The notes beneath the pieces were generated by a model. The model had not been told where the DNA came from and did not search any database. It saw only the letters and a program-made list of their open reading frames with translations. Positions 63,216-64,000 of a stretch of 64,000 bases of DNA are shown piece by piece; position 1 is the stretch's first letter; the number at the start of each line of letters is the position of its first letter. The position numbers and the translations under genes were made by a program. This stretch comes from an uncultured Thermoanaerobaculia bacterium (GTDB lineage: Bacteria; Acidobacteriota; Thermoanaerobaculia; Thermoanaerobaculales; Sulfomarinibacteraceae). The stretch lies in assembly GCA_964641415.1 (NCBI GenBank), contig CAZXMW010000001.1:66545-130544 (forward strand), written 5' to 3'.

Positions 63216-64000
63216 TCACGTGCTCGGCGATTGTCCGTGCTCGAACGTTTCCCGGACCGCTTCCGCAAGAGTCTTGAGGTCGAAGGGCTTCTGCAGGAAC
63301 ACCGTGTTCGCTCCGGCGAGATTCGCGGGCAGGGCGTCGGGCGGCGCGTATCCCGACATGAGGATCGCCCGCAGGCCGGGAATCCTCCTCACGAGCGTGG
63401 CGGCGAGATCGGCGCCCGAGCCGTCGGGCAGGCCGAGGTCGGCCAGGAGCAGGTCCGGGGGCGCCGCCTCGGCCGCCGCCTCCGCTTCGGCCACGTTCGC
63501 CGCTGCCGACACCTCGAGACCGAGCCGGGCGAGGAACCGCTCGAAGACCGCTCGTGCCTGCTCCTGGTCCTCCACCAGCAGCACTCTCAGACCGCGGGCT
63601 GCATCCGGCAACGAACGCCCCCGGGGCGCGTCCTCGTCGCGGTGGCCGGCACTGTCCGGCGACGCCGGGAGCACCACTCGGACCAGGGCCCCCCCGGCCG
63701 CTCCGTCGCGGATCTCCACCCGGCCCTGCAGGCCGGTCGCGATGCCGTGCACGACCGCCAGCCCGAGCCCGGTTCCCTCGCCCGCCTTCTTGGTCGTGAA
63801 AAAGGGCTCGAACACCGCCTCGCGCAGCTCCGGCGGGATCCCGGGGCCGTCGTCCTCGACCTCGATGGCGACGGTTCGGTCGGGGGCGTGCCGCGTCCTG
63901 AGCACGACCTCGCCGCCGTCGGAAACGGCGTCGGCGGCGTTGACCGCCAGGTTGAGAACCACCTGCTCGAGCTGGCCGCGGTCCCCCCGCACGACCACCG
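63216..64000 (-). CDS. Hybrid histidine kinase, C-terminal part only (HATPase and REC); 5' end beyond window
   Basis: LNLAVNAADAV, DDGPGI, GTGLGLAV, then receiver VLLVEDQ...LLLADLGLPDGSG...ILMSGY. The frame is open to the window edge. Confidence 0.85.
   Translation of the reverse strand, partial: VVVRGDRGQLEQVVLNLAVNAADAVSDGGEVVLRTRHAPDRTVAIEVEDDGPGIPPELREAVFEPFFTTKKAGEGTGLGLAVVHGIATGLQGRVEIRDGAAGGALVRVVLPASPDSAGHRDEDAPRGRSLPDAARGLRVLLVEDQEQARAVFERFLARLGLEVSAAANVAEAEAAAEAAPPDLLLADLGLPDGSGADLAATLVRRIPGLRAILMSGYAPPDALPANLAGANTVFLQKPFDLKTLAEAVRETFEHGQSPST

Overview
Very GC-rich bacterial chromosomal segment; nearly every frame is open on both strands, so most six-frame ORFs are artefacts. I recognised no rRNA, tRNA, CRISPR array, transposase, integrase or phage gene. 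Calls rest on motifs read by eye, RBS and start context, and gene packing. (1) 1-23.7 kb holds the tail of one surface-protein gene and two tandem giant secreted mosaic adhesin genes (4072 aa and about 3488 aa). Their 3' two-thirds, stop codon and terminator appear to be a 7,130-bp identical direct repeat (period 10,779 bp), judged from identical ORF translations and spot-checked junctions. Both genes carry the same CRP-like palindrome 138 nt upstream of the start codon. (2) 23.8-27.1 kb holds a degenerate GGDEF protein, an ECF sigma factor behind a textbook sigma-54 promoter, and an IPTL-CTERM surface protein. (3) 27.2-38 kb is a dense two-component and c-di-GMP block: hybrid kinases, an HPt phosphorelay kinase, REC-GGDEF, a pseudo-kinase, REC-HD-GYP, CheY, and a kinase fused to a degenerate GGDEF. 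(4) 38.5-43.4 kb is a chaperone-usher-like fimbrial operon behind a second sigma-54 promoter. (5) 43.4-49.1 kb holds an NtrC-type sigma-54 activator divergent from a third sigma-54 promoter, which drives a small secreted protein, a HEAT-repeat::PilT fusion and a PilT. (6) 49.3-52.5 kb holds a CarH-type B12-binding module coupled to a PAS/zinc-ribbon protein, plus a PilZ protein. (7) 52.5-64 kb is a tandem array of paralogous CckA-like hybrid histidine kinases with a half-receiver fragment. The most interesting signal is that all three sigma-54 promoters have the same 17-bp palindrome (TGTCC-N7-GGACA) upstream. This suggests one activator regulon linking the ECF sigma factor, the fimbriae and the PilT ATPases. 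Taxon cannot be assigned from sequence alone.
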